The notes: a model not told the origin generated them from the sequence alone. Shown: positions 1 through 13,040, counted from the first letter of the stretch. The stretch: DNA of 64,000 nt from Eledone cirrhosa (GCA_964016885.1 OZ024747.1:57102001-57166000); one strand, 5' to 3'. Translations and numbers: made by a program.

Positions 1-102
1 TATAAAAATTTTATATATTATTTTGTATATGATTTTAAAGAATCCTATATTACATTTTTCTAAGATAAAAATTCTTTTACATGTGTATTTAGATAGCATT
101 AC

Positions 103-282
103 TGGATTGGCAGTATCGGTAGAGGATCGGACGCCATGCTTTGACGCATAGAGTTACGGCCCTTATCATTCTGAGTTCAAATGCCGGTTAACTTTGCCTT
201 TCATCCTTACGGGGTCGATAAAATAAAGTACCAGTAATGTACTGGGTATTTGCTGGCCTTGTGCCAACAGTAGAAACAATTA
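103..282 (+). mobile_element. tRNA-derived SINE family 2 with (TTA)n tail
   Basis: A-box-like TGGCAGTATCGG, B-box-like GAGTTCAAAT, conserved body TTTGCCTTTCATCCTTACGGGGTCGATAAAATAAAGTACCAGT, end GTAGAAACAATTA; about a dozen copies or fragments in the window. Confidence 0.8.
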
Positions 283-530
283 CTTACATCTATGCTTATG
301 TTAATGTCTATATAGTCTATTAGGAAGAAATATTACAGACATCAAAAGTATATACAGAAACACCATTAAAACTAACACAAAAAGATATATTTCAAAATAT
401 CATTTAAAAAAACCCTTTCAAAAGAATATCATTTGAAAAATATCATTTAAAAAGAAAAATATAATTTAAAAAACGCCACAAAACATCAACAAAACATAGT
501 GAAGACATATAGAATGTATACAAGTGAGAT

Positions 531-1206
531 CTATATATTTCTATAGATTATAGATACTTCTGAACGTTTTAGTTTGGCGATCTCTACAAGAGTTGAATAT
601 TTCTTTCTTTTTATTAATAGAGTTTGATTGGTAAGTATATGTAATATTTCCTCAATACACAAATGACAAATTCTTGAGAGAGAGCCATATTTCTGTATGC
701 GGGAACTTTCGAAATCGTTCCCCAAGAGATTGAATAGTCAATATGATTTTCATTTAAGTACCAAATTAGATGTGAGAGTGATATTGAACATTTTTGTCTC
801 ATTTATTAAATGTATGTTTGTGATTATACCAGCGTATTTATATACTAAGTTTTTGTCTAAGCAGTTATTCTGTAAAGGGCAATTTAATTCGTTTCTACAG
901 TTACATTTTCTAGAGTTGTTGTCTATAGGAACGGTACGATTATTATTAGTATTAATACTGTTATTAGTAATATTAATATTGTTATTTTGGTTTATTTGGT
1001 TTGTTTAAATTTAATTTCTATTATTAATTCTATTAATATTTTGTGCTATGTTCATAGTAGTAGAGTAAGATAGTTTTATAGTATATCTGTTAAAAATAGA
1101 GTGGTATCTATGGGATTTAGGAAAACACTTATCTAATGCTTTGAAAAATAGGTTTGCTACAGGTGTTTTGACTCCTAATGAGATTGGGGGAGAGTACCAA
1201 ATTATA
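531..1206 (-). pseudogene. Penelope-like retroelement ORF remnant (RT C-terminal linker and GIY-YIG endonuclease region), frameshifted
   Basis: Minus-strand peptides IIWYSPPISLGVKTPVANLFFKALDKCFPKSHRYHSIFNRYTIKLSYS, CNCRNELNCPLQNNCL, SLSHLIWYLNENHIDYSISW and ICHLCIEEILHIL..KRSEV match typical Penelope motifs (IIWFNPP..IFNRNTIKISYS; CNC..CPL..C; LS.YIW.LK; C.LCL.E). Confidence 0.8.
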
Positions 1207-1304
1207 CATATATAAATATACACACACACATATATATATATACATATATAAATATATACACACACACACAAACACACACACATATATATATATATCATCA
1301 TTAA

Positions 1305-1713
1305 CATCATCATCCCCGTTTTTACACCCGTTCTTCCATTCTAAGATGGGTTAGACGGGTTGTCCTGTTGTGGGCAGTGTCCAGTTGGCTGACCTTGTCT
1401 TCCTCATACAGGAACTGATTCTGGCTTGATTTCTACAGCTGGATGCCCTTCCTAACACCAACGTCATTTGCAGTGAGTGCTGGGTGCTTTTTTTTCCCGT
1501 GGCGCCTACACGTCCACTTTACAGTGTGGGCTGGGTGCTTTTTTGCCGTGGCACCTCCAGGACCACTTTGCAGTGGAATGAAAGTGACCCTGTCCTATCA
1601 TCTCATTTCTACAGCTGAGTAAACTGGAGCAATGTGAAATAAAGTGTCTTGCTCAAGGAAACAACATATCACCAGGTCCGAGAATTGAACTCACAACCTT
1701 TCGATTGCAAGCC
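1305..1713 (-). mobile_element. CORE-type SINE (family 1) with RTE-like 3' tail, 5' head partly missing
   Basis: Reverse complement of the 2227-2556 element, with two copies of the internal ~43-nt module. Confidence 0.8.
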
Positions 1714-1724
1714 CTCCATCTCAA

Positions 1725-1768
1725 TTCTACTTTTGAAAAGCAGAAGAACTTCGAAACCGGTAAAGGAA
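1725..1768 (+). ncRNA. Minimal type I hammerhead ribozyme, U3-A8 core variant
   Basis: CUU UUGAAAA GCAG-AAGAA-CUUC GAAA CCGG UA AAG: stem I CUU/AAG, palindromic CCGG at stem III, GUA cleavage triplet, AATAAA at 1772-1777. Confidence 0.6.
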
Positions 1769-1840
1769 CCAAATAAATATATATTTAAAAAAAAAAAGAC
1801 TCCAGTTGCATTTTCGATTTCATCTTTTTTCCTTATATCA

Positions 1841-1918
<78 letters not shown>

Positions 1919-1972
1919 TAAAATAACAAATTGATTATTATTACTATATATATAAATATATTTATATATATA

Positions 1973-2029
<57 letters not shown>

Positions 2030-2033
<4 letters not shown>

Positions 2034-2212
2034 AGAGTCAGGACCCCGACAGCTGAGCTGCGGCCATTTCGAACTGTTCAGATCTAGCTGTCGGAACAGC
2101 CGGAGCTCAGCTATCGAGGTCCTGACTCTTTTCCTATTACCCAATCTACTACCTTAAGTATTGAGTACTCTGGTGCTTTATGGTCCACCCCGTTTCTTAT
2201 CATACCTCCTTT
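2030..2212 (+). mobile_element. Fold-back Penelope-like element (family A), short copy
   Basis: Inverted arms across 2030-2133 plus ~80-nt unique tail, flanked by (TA)n; homologous to 2587-2779 and 23788-24568. Confidence 0.65.
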
Positions 2213-2226
2213 GTATATATATATAT

Positions 2227-2556
2227 GGCTTAGTGGTTAGAGCATTGGCCTTGCAATCGAAAGGTTGTGAGTTCAATTTTCAGCCCGGGTTATGTGTTGT
2301 TTCCTTGAGCAAGACACTTTATTTCACATTGCTCCAGTTTACTCAGCTGTAGAAATGAGATGATAGGGACTGCGGTCCCTATCATTCCACTGAAAAGTGG
2401 TCGTGGAGGTGCCACGGCAAAAAAGCACCCAGCACTCACTGTAAATGAGGTTGGTGTTAGGAAGGGCATCCAGCTGTAGAAATCAAGCCAGAATCAGTTT
2501 CCATCCCACCCTTGCAAGCAGGGAAAAGTGGACGTAAAATGAAATGATGAAATGAA
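2227..2556 (+). mobile_element. Full-length tRNA/CORE SINE (family 1) with RTE 3' tail
   Basis: tRNA-like head GGCTTAGTGGTTAGAGCATTGG..GAGTTCAA; CORE-like TCCTTGAGCAAGACACTTTATTTCACATTGCTCCAGTTTACTCAGCTGTAGAAATG; 3' CCACCCTTGCAAGCAGGGAAAAGTGGACGTAAAATGA shared with the RTE at 25371-25430. Confidence 0.85.
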
Positions 2557-2586
2557 TACATATATATATATATATATATGCATATA

Positions 2587-2779
2587 TAGGAAAAGGTTCA
2601 AGACCCCGACGGCAGAGCTCAAGCTATTTCGACTGGTATTTCTGGATGCAGATACAGCCATCGAAATGGCTTGAGCTCTGCCCTCGGTGTCTTGAACATT
2701 TTCCTAATACCTACACTACTACCCTAAGTACTCTGGTGCGTAATGGTCCACCTGGTTCCTTACCACAGTTCCTTCATTA
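2587..2779 (+). mobile_element. Fold-back Penelope-like element (family A), short copy
   Basis: Inverted arms across 2587-2706 containing the hammerhead 3' half (GAAA-stem III-NUC-GG), then a ~70-nt tail; (TA)n flanks. Confidence 0.65.
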
Positions 2780-2824
<45 letters not shown>

Positions 2825-2966
2825 TACATACGTTTATATATATATATACAGATATATACACGCATATATACTTCTATATATATATTTGTATATATGAATA
2901 TATATGTACATGTATAGATATCTATACAGACATATATCTATGCCTATATACATATATATATATATA

Positions 2967-3018
<52 letters not shown>

Positions 3019-3027
3019 CATATATAC

Positions 3028-3070
<43 letters not shown>

Positions 3071-3073
3071 TAC

Positions 3074-3116
<43 letters not shown>

Positions 3117-3464
3117 TACGTGTATATATATATATATATACATGTATACGCGTATAAATATATAGACATATATACGTGTATATATATATATATACATATA
3201 TACGTGTATATATATATATATATACCTATATACATGTATATATATATATATATACATATATACATGTATATATATATATATATACATATATACATGTATA
3301 TATATATATATATACATATATACATGTATATATATATATATATACATATATACATGTATATATATATATATATACATATATGCATGTATATATACGTGTA
3401 TAGGTATATATATACATATATCTATATATATCTATATAGGTATATATATACATATATACATGCA

Positions 3465-3542
<78 letters not shown>
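2780..3542. repeat. (TA)n microsatellite with ~30-bp higher-order unit containing TACATGTA
   Basis: Direct reading. Similar long (TA)n arrays at 9850-10705, 18120-18705, 22095-23787, 24567-25370, 28090-28460, 53470-54320, 55448-55700, 56960-57295 and 60895-61168. Confidence 0.95.
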
Positions 3543-3547
<5 letters not shown>

Positions 3548-3890
3548 TTTTAGCTGTATTACTAATCTCATTTCTTCTCCTTTTTATAATAAAAGTCAAT
3601 TTATTCGAAAAGGCTGACCTTTCGGTCAAGCTACAATATCTCTATGGCCAGTGGTCAATCACGAAAAGAATCATCAGAGATTTAGGAATTCTTTACTGCT
3701 TTTATCCTTTCTGTTGTATTCCTGGAGCCTCTGCTGGGTTGCTTGGTGATTTGGACAATATATGAGACGGAAGTCGATTCCTAGAGAATCTGCAGATTGA
3801 ATGCACGAAAAGAGAAACCATGTCTTTTGTCCATCATGTTTTCGAATTTGCTTTTGCATTCAGAAGAAAAATATTAATATGTATATAATA

Positions 3891-3937
<47 letters not shown>

Positions 3938-4042
3938 TTATATATAAATGTATTTATGTGTTCGTGTGTATATGTGTATATATATGTTTGAAAGTGACCT
4001 TGCTTGATTTTTGAACGTATAAATATAGATACATACATACGC

Positions 4043-4075
<33 letters not shown>

Positions 4076-4173
4076 TATATATACACACATATATATATAT
4101 ATATATACACACACATATATATTATATCTATACACATATATATGTTATCTATACACATATATATTTTATCTAT

Positions 4174-4248
<75 letters not shown>

Positions 4249-4479
4249 TATATATTATATATACATATAATATATATACATATTATATGTATCATATATT
4301 ATATATATATTTACACTAGTCCACCTATACCAACATGCAAGATTTCAAGTTACTATGAGATCCAAAGATCCTTCATAATCCTTTTCCATATTTGCATTTC
4401 TGTATATCTGTTTGTGTGGGGGTGGGGGTGGAGAGGGGTGGGTGGGTGGGTAGAGAGGGGGGAGGGGCTTGTGTATATA

Positions 4480-5830
4480 TTTGTCTATGTCTCTCGCCTT
4501 CTGTCCATCTTTCTTAACATATATATCTGTCTATCTGTCTTTATATGTGCCTATCTCTCAATCCCTCTCTCTAACTGCCTCTCTCTCTATCCCTCTCTCT
4601 ATCTGCCTCTCTCTGTGCTTATCTCTCTCTCTACCTATCTCTCTGCCTATCTCTCTATCCCTCTCTCTCTCTGCCTCTCTCTGCCTATCTCTCTATCCCT
4701 CTCTCTCTCTCTCTGCCTATCTCTCTATCTCTCTATCCCTCTCTCTCTCTCTCTCTCTGCCTATCTCTCTATCCCTCTCTCTCTCTGCCTCTCTGCCTAT
4801 CTCTCTATCCATCTCTCTATCTGCCTCTCTCTCTCTGCCTATCTCTCTATCTATCTCTCCCTCCCTGTCTGCCAGTCCATTCCCCTCCCTGTCTGCATGT
4901 CTCTCTATCTCACTCTTTGTATCCCTCTCTGCCACCCTATTTTTCTATCTAGCCCTCCCTCTCTCTCCTTCTCTGCCAGCCTCTCTCTCTATCTCTCCAT
5001 CTCCCTTTCTCTCTACCTATCTCTCTATATGTCCCTCTCCATCTCCCCCATCTCCTTCTCTATCTATCCCTCTCTCTCCCTCTCTGTCTACCTATCTCTC
5101 TAAGTATCTCTCCATCTCCTTCTCTGTCTATCTAAGTCTCCCCCCTCTTTCTCTCTGACTCTCTATTTATCCCTCTCTCCCACTCTACTTATCTCTCTCT
5201 CTAAGTATCTCTCCATCTCCTTCTCTGTCTATCTAACTCTCCCTCTCCCCCTCTCTGTCTCTCTCTGACTCTCTATTTATCCCTCTCTCTCCCACTCTAC
5301 TTATCTCTCTCTCTAAGTATCTCCGCATCTCCTTCTTTGTCTATCTAACTCTCCCTCCCTCCCCCCTCTCTCTCCCTGACTCTCTATTTATCCCTCTCTC
5401 TCCCACTCTACTTATCTATCTCTCTAAGTATCTCTCCATCTCCTTCTTTGTCTATCTAACTCTCCCTCCCTCCCCCCTCTCTCTCCCTGACTCTCTATTT
5501 ATCCCTCTCTCTCCCACTCTACTTATCTATCTCTCTAAGTATCTCTCCATCTCCTTCTTTGTCTATCTAACTCTCCCTCCCTCCCCCCTCTCTCTCCCTG
5601 ACTCTCTATTTATCCCTCTCTCTCCCACCCACTCTACTTATCTATCTCTCTAAGTATCTCTCCATCTCCTTCTCTGTTTATCTAACTCTCCCTCCCCCTC
5701 TCTCTCTGACTCTCTATTTATCCCTCCCTCCCTCTCCCACTCTACTTATCTATCTCTCTACCTATCTTTCATCTCCTACTCTGTCTACCTATCTCTCTAT
5801 CTAACTCTCCCTCTCCCTCTCTACTCTCTA
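4480..5830. repeat. CT-rich low-complexity tract including a ~110-bp minisatellite (6 copies)
   Basis: TAAGTATCTC anchor recurs at about 5101, 5202, 5315, 5425, 5536 and 5651. Confidence 0.85.
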
Positions 5831-6094
5831 TTGTCTTATCATTTCATCTCAGTGTTCTACACACCATCCAGATGTGACTACAACCAGCCTAGCTTTTCCT
5901 CTCTCTATTTTACTTAGTGTTTGTATGTGTCTCCATAGTTATAACTTACCCTCTTCATCATATAGTATTTAACTTAAATGTCATATATTTATTTATATCT
6001 TCCCCATGTAATTTCATGCCAATTCTGTATCAGTTTTAATAATAACGATATTATTGTGTATAGTGCTCAGGTGCATGTAGAGTACATCGAATAG

Positions 6095-9000
6095 TAGTAC
6101 ACAAGGTACCATTTATAGTACATAGAGTAATGTACCATGTGTAGATCATAAGGTACCATTTATAGTACATAGAATAATGTACTATGTGTAGTATATAAGG
6201 TACCATTTATAGTACATAGAATAATGTACCATGTGTAGAACATAAGGTACCATTTATAGTACATAGAATAATGTATCATGTGTAGAACATAAGGTACCAT
6301 TTATAGTATATAGAATAATGTACCATGTGTAGTACATAAGGTACCATTTATAGTACATAGAATAATGTACTATGTGTAGTATATAAGGTACCATTTATAG
6401 TACATAGAATAATGTACCATGTGTAGAACATAAGGTACCATTTATAGTACATAGAATAATGTATCATGTGTAGAACATAAGGTACCATTTATAGTATATA
6501 GAATAATGTACCATGTGTAGTACATAAGGTACCATTTATAGTACATAGAATAATGTACTATGTGTAGTATATAAGGTACCATTTATAGTACATAGAATAA
6601 TGTACCATGTGTAGAACATAAGGTACCATTTATAGTACATAGAATAATGTACCATGTGTAGTACACAAGGTACCATTTATAGTACATAGAATAATGTATC
6701 ATGTGTAGTACATAAGGTACCATTTATAGTACATAGAGTAATGTACCATGTGTAGTACACAAGGTCCCATTTATAGTACATAGAATAATGTACCATGTGT
6801 AGAACATAAGGTACCATTTATAGTACATAGAATAATGTATCATGTGTAGAACATAAGGTACCATTTATAGTACATAGAATAATGTACCATGTGTAGTACA
6901 TAAGGTACCATTTATAGTACATAGAATAATGTACCATGTGTAGTACACAAGGTACCATTTATAGTACATAGAATAATGTATCATGTGTAGTACATAAGGT
7001 ACCATTTATAGTACATAGAATAATGTACCATGTGTAGTACATAAGGTACCATTTATAGTACATAGAATAATGTACCATGTGTAGTACATAAGGTACCATT
7101 TATAGTACATAGAATAATGTATCATGTGTAGTACATAAGGTACCATTTATAGTACATAGAATAATGTACCATGTGTAGTACACAAGGTACCATTTATAGT
7201 ACATAGAATAATGTACTATGTGTAGTATATAAGGTACCATTTATAGTACATAGAATAATGTACCATGTGTAGTACACAAGGTACCATTTATAGTACATAG
7301 AATAATGTACTATGTGTAGTATATAAGGTACCATTTATAGTACATAGAATAATGTACCATGTGTAGTACATAAGGTACCATTTATAGTACATAGAATAAT
7401 GTACCATGTGTAGTACACAAGGTACCATTTATAGTACATAGAATAATGTACTATGTGTAGTATATAAGGTACCATTTATAGTACATAGAATAATGTACCA
7501 TGTGTAGTACATAAGGTACCATTTATAGTACATAGAATAATGTATCATGTGTAGTACATAAGGTACCATTTATATAACATAGAATAATGTACCATGTGTA
7601 GTACATAAGGTACCATTTATAGTAGATAGAGTAATGTACCATGTGTAGTACATAAGGTACCATTTATAGTACATAGAATAATGTACCATGTGTAGAACAT
7701 AAGGTACCATTTATAGTACATAGAATAATGTACTATGTGTAGAACATAAGGTACCATTTATAGTATATAGAATAATGTACCATGTGTAGTACATAAGGTA
7801 CCATTTATAGTAGATAGAGTAATGTACCATGTGTAGTACATAAGGTACCATTTATAGTACATAGAATAATGTACCATGTGTAGTACATAAGGTACCATTT
7901 ATAGTAGATAGAGTAATGTACCATGTGTAGTACATAAGGTACCATTTATAGTACATAGAATAATGTACCATGTGTAGAACTTAAGGTACCATTTATAGTA
8001 GATAGAGTAATGTACCATGTGTAGAACATAAGGTACCATTTATAGTACATAGAGTAATGTACCATGTGTAGTGCATAAGGTACCATTTATAGTAGATAGA
8101 GTAATGTACCATGTGTAGAACATAAGGTACCATTTATAGTACATAGAGTAATGTACCATGTGTAGAACATAAGGTACCATTTATAGTAGATAGAGTAATG
8201 TACCATGTGTAGAACATAAGGTACCATTTATAGTAGATAGAGTAATGTACCATGTGTAGTACATAAGGTACCATTTATAGTACATAGAATAATGTACCAT
8301 GTGTAGTACACAAGGTACCATTTATAGTACATAGAGTAATGTACCATGTGTAGTACATAAGGTACCATTTATATTGCATAGAATAATGTACCATGTGTAG
8401 AACATAAGGTACCATTTATAGTACATAGAGTAATGTACCATGTGTAGAATATAAGGTACCATTTATAGTACATAGAATAATGTACCATGTGTAGTACATA
8501 AGGTACCATTTATAGTACATAGAATAATGTACTATGTGTAGTACATAAGGTACCATTTATAGTGCATAGAATAATGTACCATGTGTAGTACACAAGGTCC
8601 CATTTATAGTACATAGAATAATGTACCATGTGTAGAACATAAGGTACCATTTATAGTACATAGAGTAATGTACCATGTGTAGAACATAAGGTACCATTTA
8701 TAGTAGATAGAGTAATGTACCATGTGTAGAACATAAGGTACCATTTATAGTAGATAGAGTAATGTACCATGTGTAGTACACAAGGTACCATTTATAGTAC
8801 ATAGAGTAATGTACCATGTGTAGAACATAAGGTACCATTTATAGTAGATAGAGTAATGTACCATGTGTAGTACACAAGGTACAATTTATAGTACATAGAG
8901 TAATGTACTATGTGTAGAACATAAGGTACCATTTATAGTAGATAGAGTAATGTACCATGTGTAGTACACAAGGTACAATTTATAGTACATAGAGTAATGT

Positions 9001-9190
9001 ACCATGTGTAGAACATAAGGTACCATTTATAGTACATAGAATAATGTACCATGTGTAGTACACAAGGTACCATTTATAGTACATAGAATAATGTACTATG
9101 TGTAGTATATAAGGTACCATTTATAGTACATAGAATAATATACCATGTGTAGAGCATAAGGTACCATTTATAGTACATAGAATAATGTAC
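6095..9190. repeat. 47-bp tandem satellite, ~66 copies
   Basis: Unit GGTACCATTTATAGTACATAGAATAATGTACCATGTGTAGTACATAA; GGTACC at 6105, 6152 ... 9160 (3055 = 65 x 47). Confidence 0.97.
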
Positions 9191-9266
9191 AAATGTCAGG
9201 AAGCTGAACAGTGTATGAGCCATGATATACACACAGATACATGTGTGTGTGTGTATGGAAGCAGAA

Positions 9267-9590
9267 CAGCATGTCTAGTGTAGGTGAATTTAAGGAAACA
9301 TGGAGGTCAGCATGTCTAGTGTAGGTGAATTTAAGGAAACATGGAGGTTTTGAAGGATGCAGTGTCCTGATAGCTAACAACTGATGCAGGTAATTTGTTC
9401 CATGGAGGTTTTGAAGGATGCAGTGTCCTGATAGCTAACAACTGATGCAGGTAGTTTGTTCCATGGAGGTTTCTGAAGGATGCAGTGTCCTGATAGCTAA
9501 CAACTGATGCAGGTAGTTTGTTCCATGGAGGTTTCTGAAGGATGCAGTGTCCTGATAGCTAACAACTGATGCAGGTAGTTTGTTCCATGC
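9267..9590. repeat. 41-bp x2 and ~60-bp x4 tandem duplications inside the CR1-like element
   Basis: CAGCATGTCTAGTGTAGGTGAATTTAAGGAAACATGGAGGT twice; CATGGAGGTTTTGAAGGATGCAG...TTTGTTC four times. Confidence 0.9.
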
Positions 9591-9858
9591 TTCAGCAACT
9601 CTGAGCGTGAAAAAATCTTTCTGAATTTCATGTAAAATACTGTCAGAGAGTGTTTAATTAACTTAATAAACACTGTGACCCCATATAGACCAGCAGTACT
9701 GTCAGTAGGGGTTGAAACTATGTATGGCCATTTCAATGGCTGATGACTGCAGAGTTTTTGTACCTATATCAAACTATCTATCGATATATATATATATATT
9801 TTTTTTAAATCTATCTATCCACCTATCTATATCTATCTATCAAGCTACACACACACAC

Positions 9859-9939
<81 letters not shown>

Positions 9940-9954
9940 CATATATATATATGC

Positions 9955-10003
<49 letters not shown>

Positions 10004-10056
10004 CATATATATACATATATATATATATATACATATATATACATATATATATATAC

Positions 10057-10116
<60 letters not shown>

Positions 10117-10122
10117 TCATAT

Positions 10123-10153
<31 letters not shown>

Positions 10154-10156
10154 CAT

Positions 10157-10187
<31 letters not shown>

Positions 10188-10234
10188 TATATGTATAGAT
10201 ATACACATATATATATATATATATATATGTATAG

Positions 10235-10287
<53 letters not shown>

Positions 10288-10391
10288 CATATATATATGT
10301 ATAGATATACATATATATATGTATAGATATACATATATATATGTATAGATATACATATATATACATATATATATGTATAGATATACATATA

Positions 10392-10453
<62 letters not shown>

Positions 10454-10598
10454 CATATATATATGTATAGATATACATATATATATGTATAGATATACAT
10501 ATATATATGTATAGATATACATATATATACATATATATATGTATAGATATACATATATATATACATATATATATATATATACACACATATATAAATAC

Positions 10599-10645
<47 letters not shown>

Positions 10646-10652
10646 TAAATAC

Positions 10653-10701
<49 letters not shown>

Positions 10702-11200
10702 TATATCAATCTATCTATTTATTTATCCCTTTGTCTTCCTGCTTTCTATTTGTCCAGATTTATTTATTATGCAATAAAGAGAAATATCATTTTCAGCCAT
10801 TAATGAAGAATGAATGTGATCATAAAAAAACAACAAACAAAAATGCATAGACACGTATATAAAAACCACACAATTTCACTCTTTCTCATGTGCACACACA
10901 GTAAAACATATTATACATTCATCATATTTTTTAACCACTATCAATTTACTGTCGCTTTTCCTTTCATTTCTAAACAAAGAAAAACCCTGATAACAATAAA
11001 AAGTGACTCAGACCATTTAATGGTTTCAGTCCTACAACTGATTTGTTACCATGTTGGGGTGGGGTTGGGGGGTAGGGAGTGAGGGCATCTTCAACAGTTT
11101 TCTCAATGACATTGATCCCTAAAACTTATTTCAATCTGATACTTCATTTTGACATCTCTATTTGGTGAACCAATATAGACACGGATCCAACACAGCCATG

Positions 11201-11740
11201 CAGGATTGGATTTGGACCCTGGAGGGTGGGGGTGGGCCGAGGCACTTCAGGTTTGGGGGGTGCCCCTCATACACGAAAAATTAGAATACACATCCACTGT
11301 ATTGGTGACACAACAAAAAAGCACCCAGTCCACACTGTAAAGTGGTCGTGTAGGAGACACGGTAAAAAGGCTCCCAGTCCATACTGAAAATGTGGTTGGT
11401 GTTAGGAAGGGCATCCAGCTGTAGAAAACCTGCCAGAGACAATTCCGTACGAGGGAGACACGGTCTCCCGTCTAACCCATGCTAGCATGGAAGATGGATG
11501 TTAAATAATGATGATGATGATGATGATCAAAACCCCTGATTTTACATATCAAGGTTAGTTTGGGACAAGTAATTGGAATTGAAAAGTTTACATACAGGTA
11601 TTAAGTTAAAAATTCTAACCATCCGAGAACTAAGATGTCCAGCTGAGGTTATAAATAAATTGCTATGGTCGTCACTGGCGAGGGACCCCGCTGCAGGGGT
11701 CCCAGGGCAATTGCCCCCCCTCCCATTAAATCCGGCCCTG
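11201..11740. mobile_element. Non-autonomous hAT-type DNA transposon (MITE) with a nested RTE-tailed SINE fragment (~11305-11527)
   Basis: Perfect 8-bp TSD CAGCCATG (11193-11200 and 11741-11748); TIRs CAGGATTGGATTT / AAATCCGGCCCTG (10/13 match). Confidence 0.85.
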
Positions 11741-12430
11741 CAGCCATGCCTACACCTGTATATAAATATTGATGTATTTGATATGGTTTTACAATAATTT
11801 ATTCCTTCTCTTTCCCCATACATCAATACTTTTTGCACACTTTACCTTTGTTTACCAGTTTTGGCCAACCTTTCCTCCCCCCCTCTTCTCCCTTTTTTCA
11901 CATTTTTCCTGTCTATTTCTGCCTCTTTTGGTCATTTTTGCCCTCTTTTACATCTCTTTACCCCCTTTAAGACTATTTTTCCCTCCTGCACCACCTCATT
12001 GTACTACAGGTATAGATGCAGTGACCCCCAGCTCCAGTGCAGCATGTGGGACTTAGGTCCTTACACACACACACACACACTCACACACACATACGCATTC
12101 ACACACAAACACAGACAGACACACTCACACACACATACGCATTCACACACGATCACACACACACACACACATATACACACACAAATATTACTTACTAATC
12201 TGTCTGTTAAACACTTTGAACATCAAAATATAAATTCTCCTTGAGAGAAAAGTAAAATAAAAACATAAAACAATATAAACGTGAGTGTATATGAATAATT
12301 AGAAATATTTTCTTCGTCTATTAATTAAAACCAGCCTTGGTTTGACCACGTAACTATGGAAACCAACTGGTCACAATACTAAACAAGGGTCTTTGTGCTT
12401 CTACTGAAAAGACTGTATAATGATGGTATT

Positions 12431-12528
12431 TTAATCAAAGTAGTCATTATCATTAGCTATGGTTGTTAACGATGGTCTAAAGTAATTAGAACTTTCGTCA
12501 TTGATGTCATCTGAAGATGAGACGTGGA
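12431..12528 (-). pseudogene. Candidate terminal coding exon (E) of an unidentified host gene
   Basis: Long polypyrimidine tract plus CCCCTAG acceptor; phase-1 frame [31 protein letters not shown]. Confidence 0.4.
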
Positions 12529-12539
12529 CTAGGGGAGAC

Positions 12540-13040
12540 ATAGGAGGGAGGAGTTAGGGGTGGAATGAGGGGTGGGAGAAGTAAAGGAGAGAGGGAGAGG
12601 TGGGAGAGAAAGAGGTAGAATGGGGAAAAGGGAGAGAGGGATAGGAGGAGGGAGAGGGAGAGGTAGAGGTATAATGGGGAAAGGGGGAGAGAGAGAGGGA
12701 GAAAGAAAAGGAGAGATAGATAGGAGGTGGGAGAGGGAGAGGTATAATGGGTAAAGGGGGAGAGAGAGAGGGAGAAAGAAAAGGAGAGATAGATAGGTGG
12801 TGGGAGAGGGAGAGGTATAATGGGTAAAGGGGGAGAGAGAGGGGGGGGAGAAAGAAAAGGAGAGAGACATAGAAGGTAGAGGTTAAATGGGGAGAGGGGG
12901 GGGAGAGAGAGGGGGGGGGGGAGAAAGAAAAGGAGAGAGACATAGAAGGTAGAGGTTAAATGGGGAGAGGGGGGGAGAGAGAAAAGGAGAGAGAAATAGA
13001 AGAGGAATAGAATAGGAATCAAATAGAAAAAAAGAGAGAA
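12540..13040. repeat. Purine-rich (GA) minisatellite, ~60-bp imperfect unit
   Basis: GGGAGAAAGAAAAGGAGAGA and GGTATAATGGG recur. Confidence 0.8.

Larger units (their letters stand above)
6037..9635 (-). mobile_element. CR1-like LINE 3' end hosting a satellite array
   Basis: Minus frame near 9535-9630 reads EIQKDFFTLRVAEAWNKLPASVVSYQDTASF (CR1-type C-terminus); (ATT)n-like tail at 6037-6048; flanks match the unexpanded copy at 61760-62000. Confidence 0.75.

Noticed and set aside
2227-2300. tRNA gene
   Set aside because: tRNA-derived SINE head that continues into CORE and LINE tail; no complete cloverleaf.
3674-3790. Peptide vaguely like a RhoGEF DH helix (IYCPNHQATQQRLQEY..KEFL)
   Set aside because: Short, ends in a stop with no donor site and no other DH exons; the similarity is not verifiable.
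6095-9190. CRISPR-like appearance of the regular array
   Set aside because: No unique spacers: contiguous 47-bp units in eukaryotic DNA, with no cas genes.
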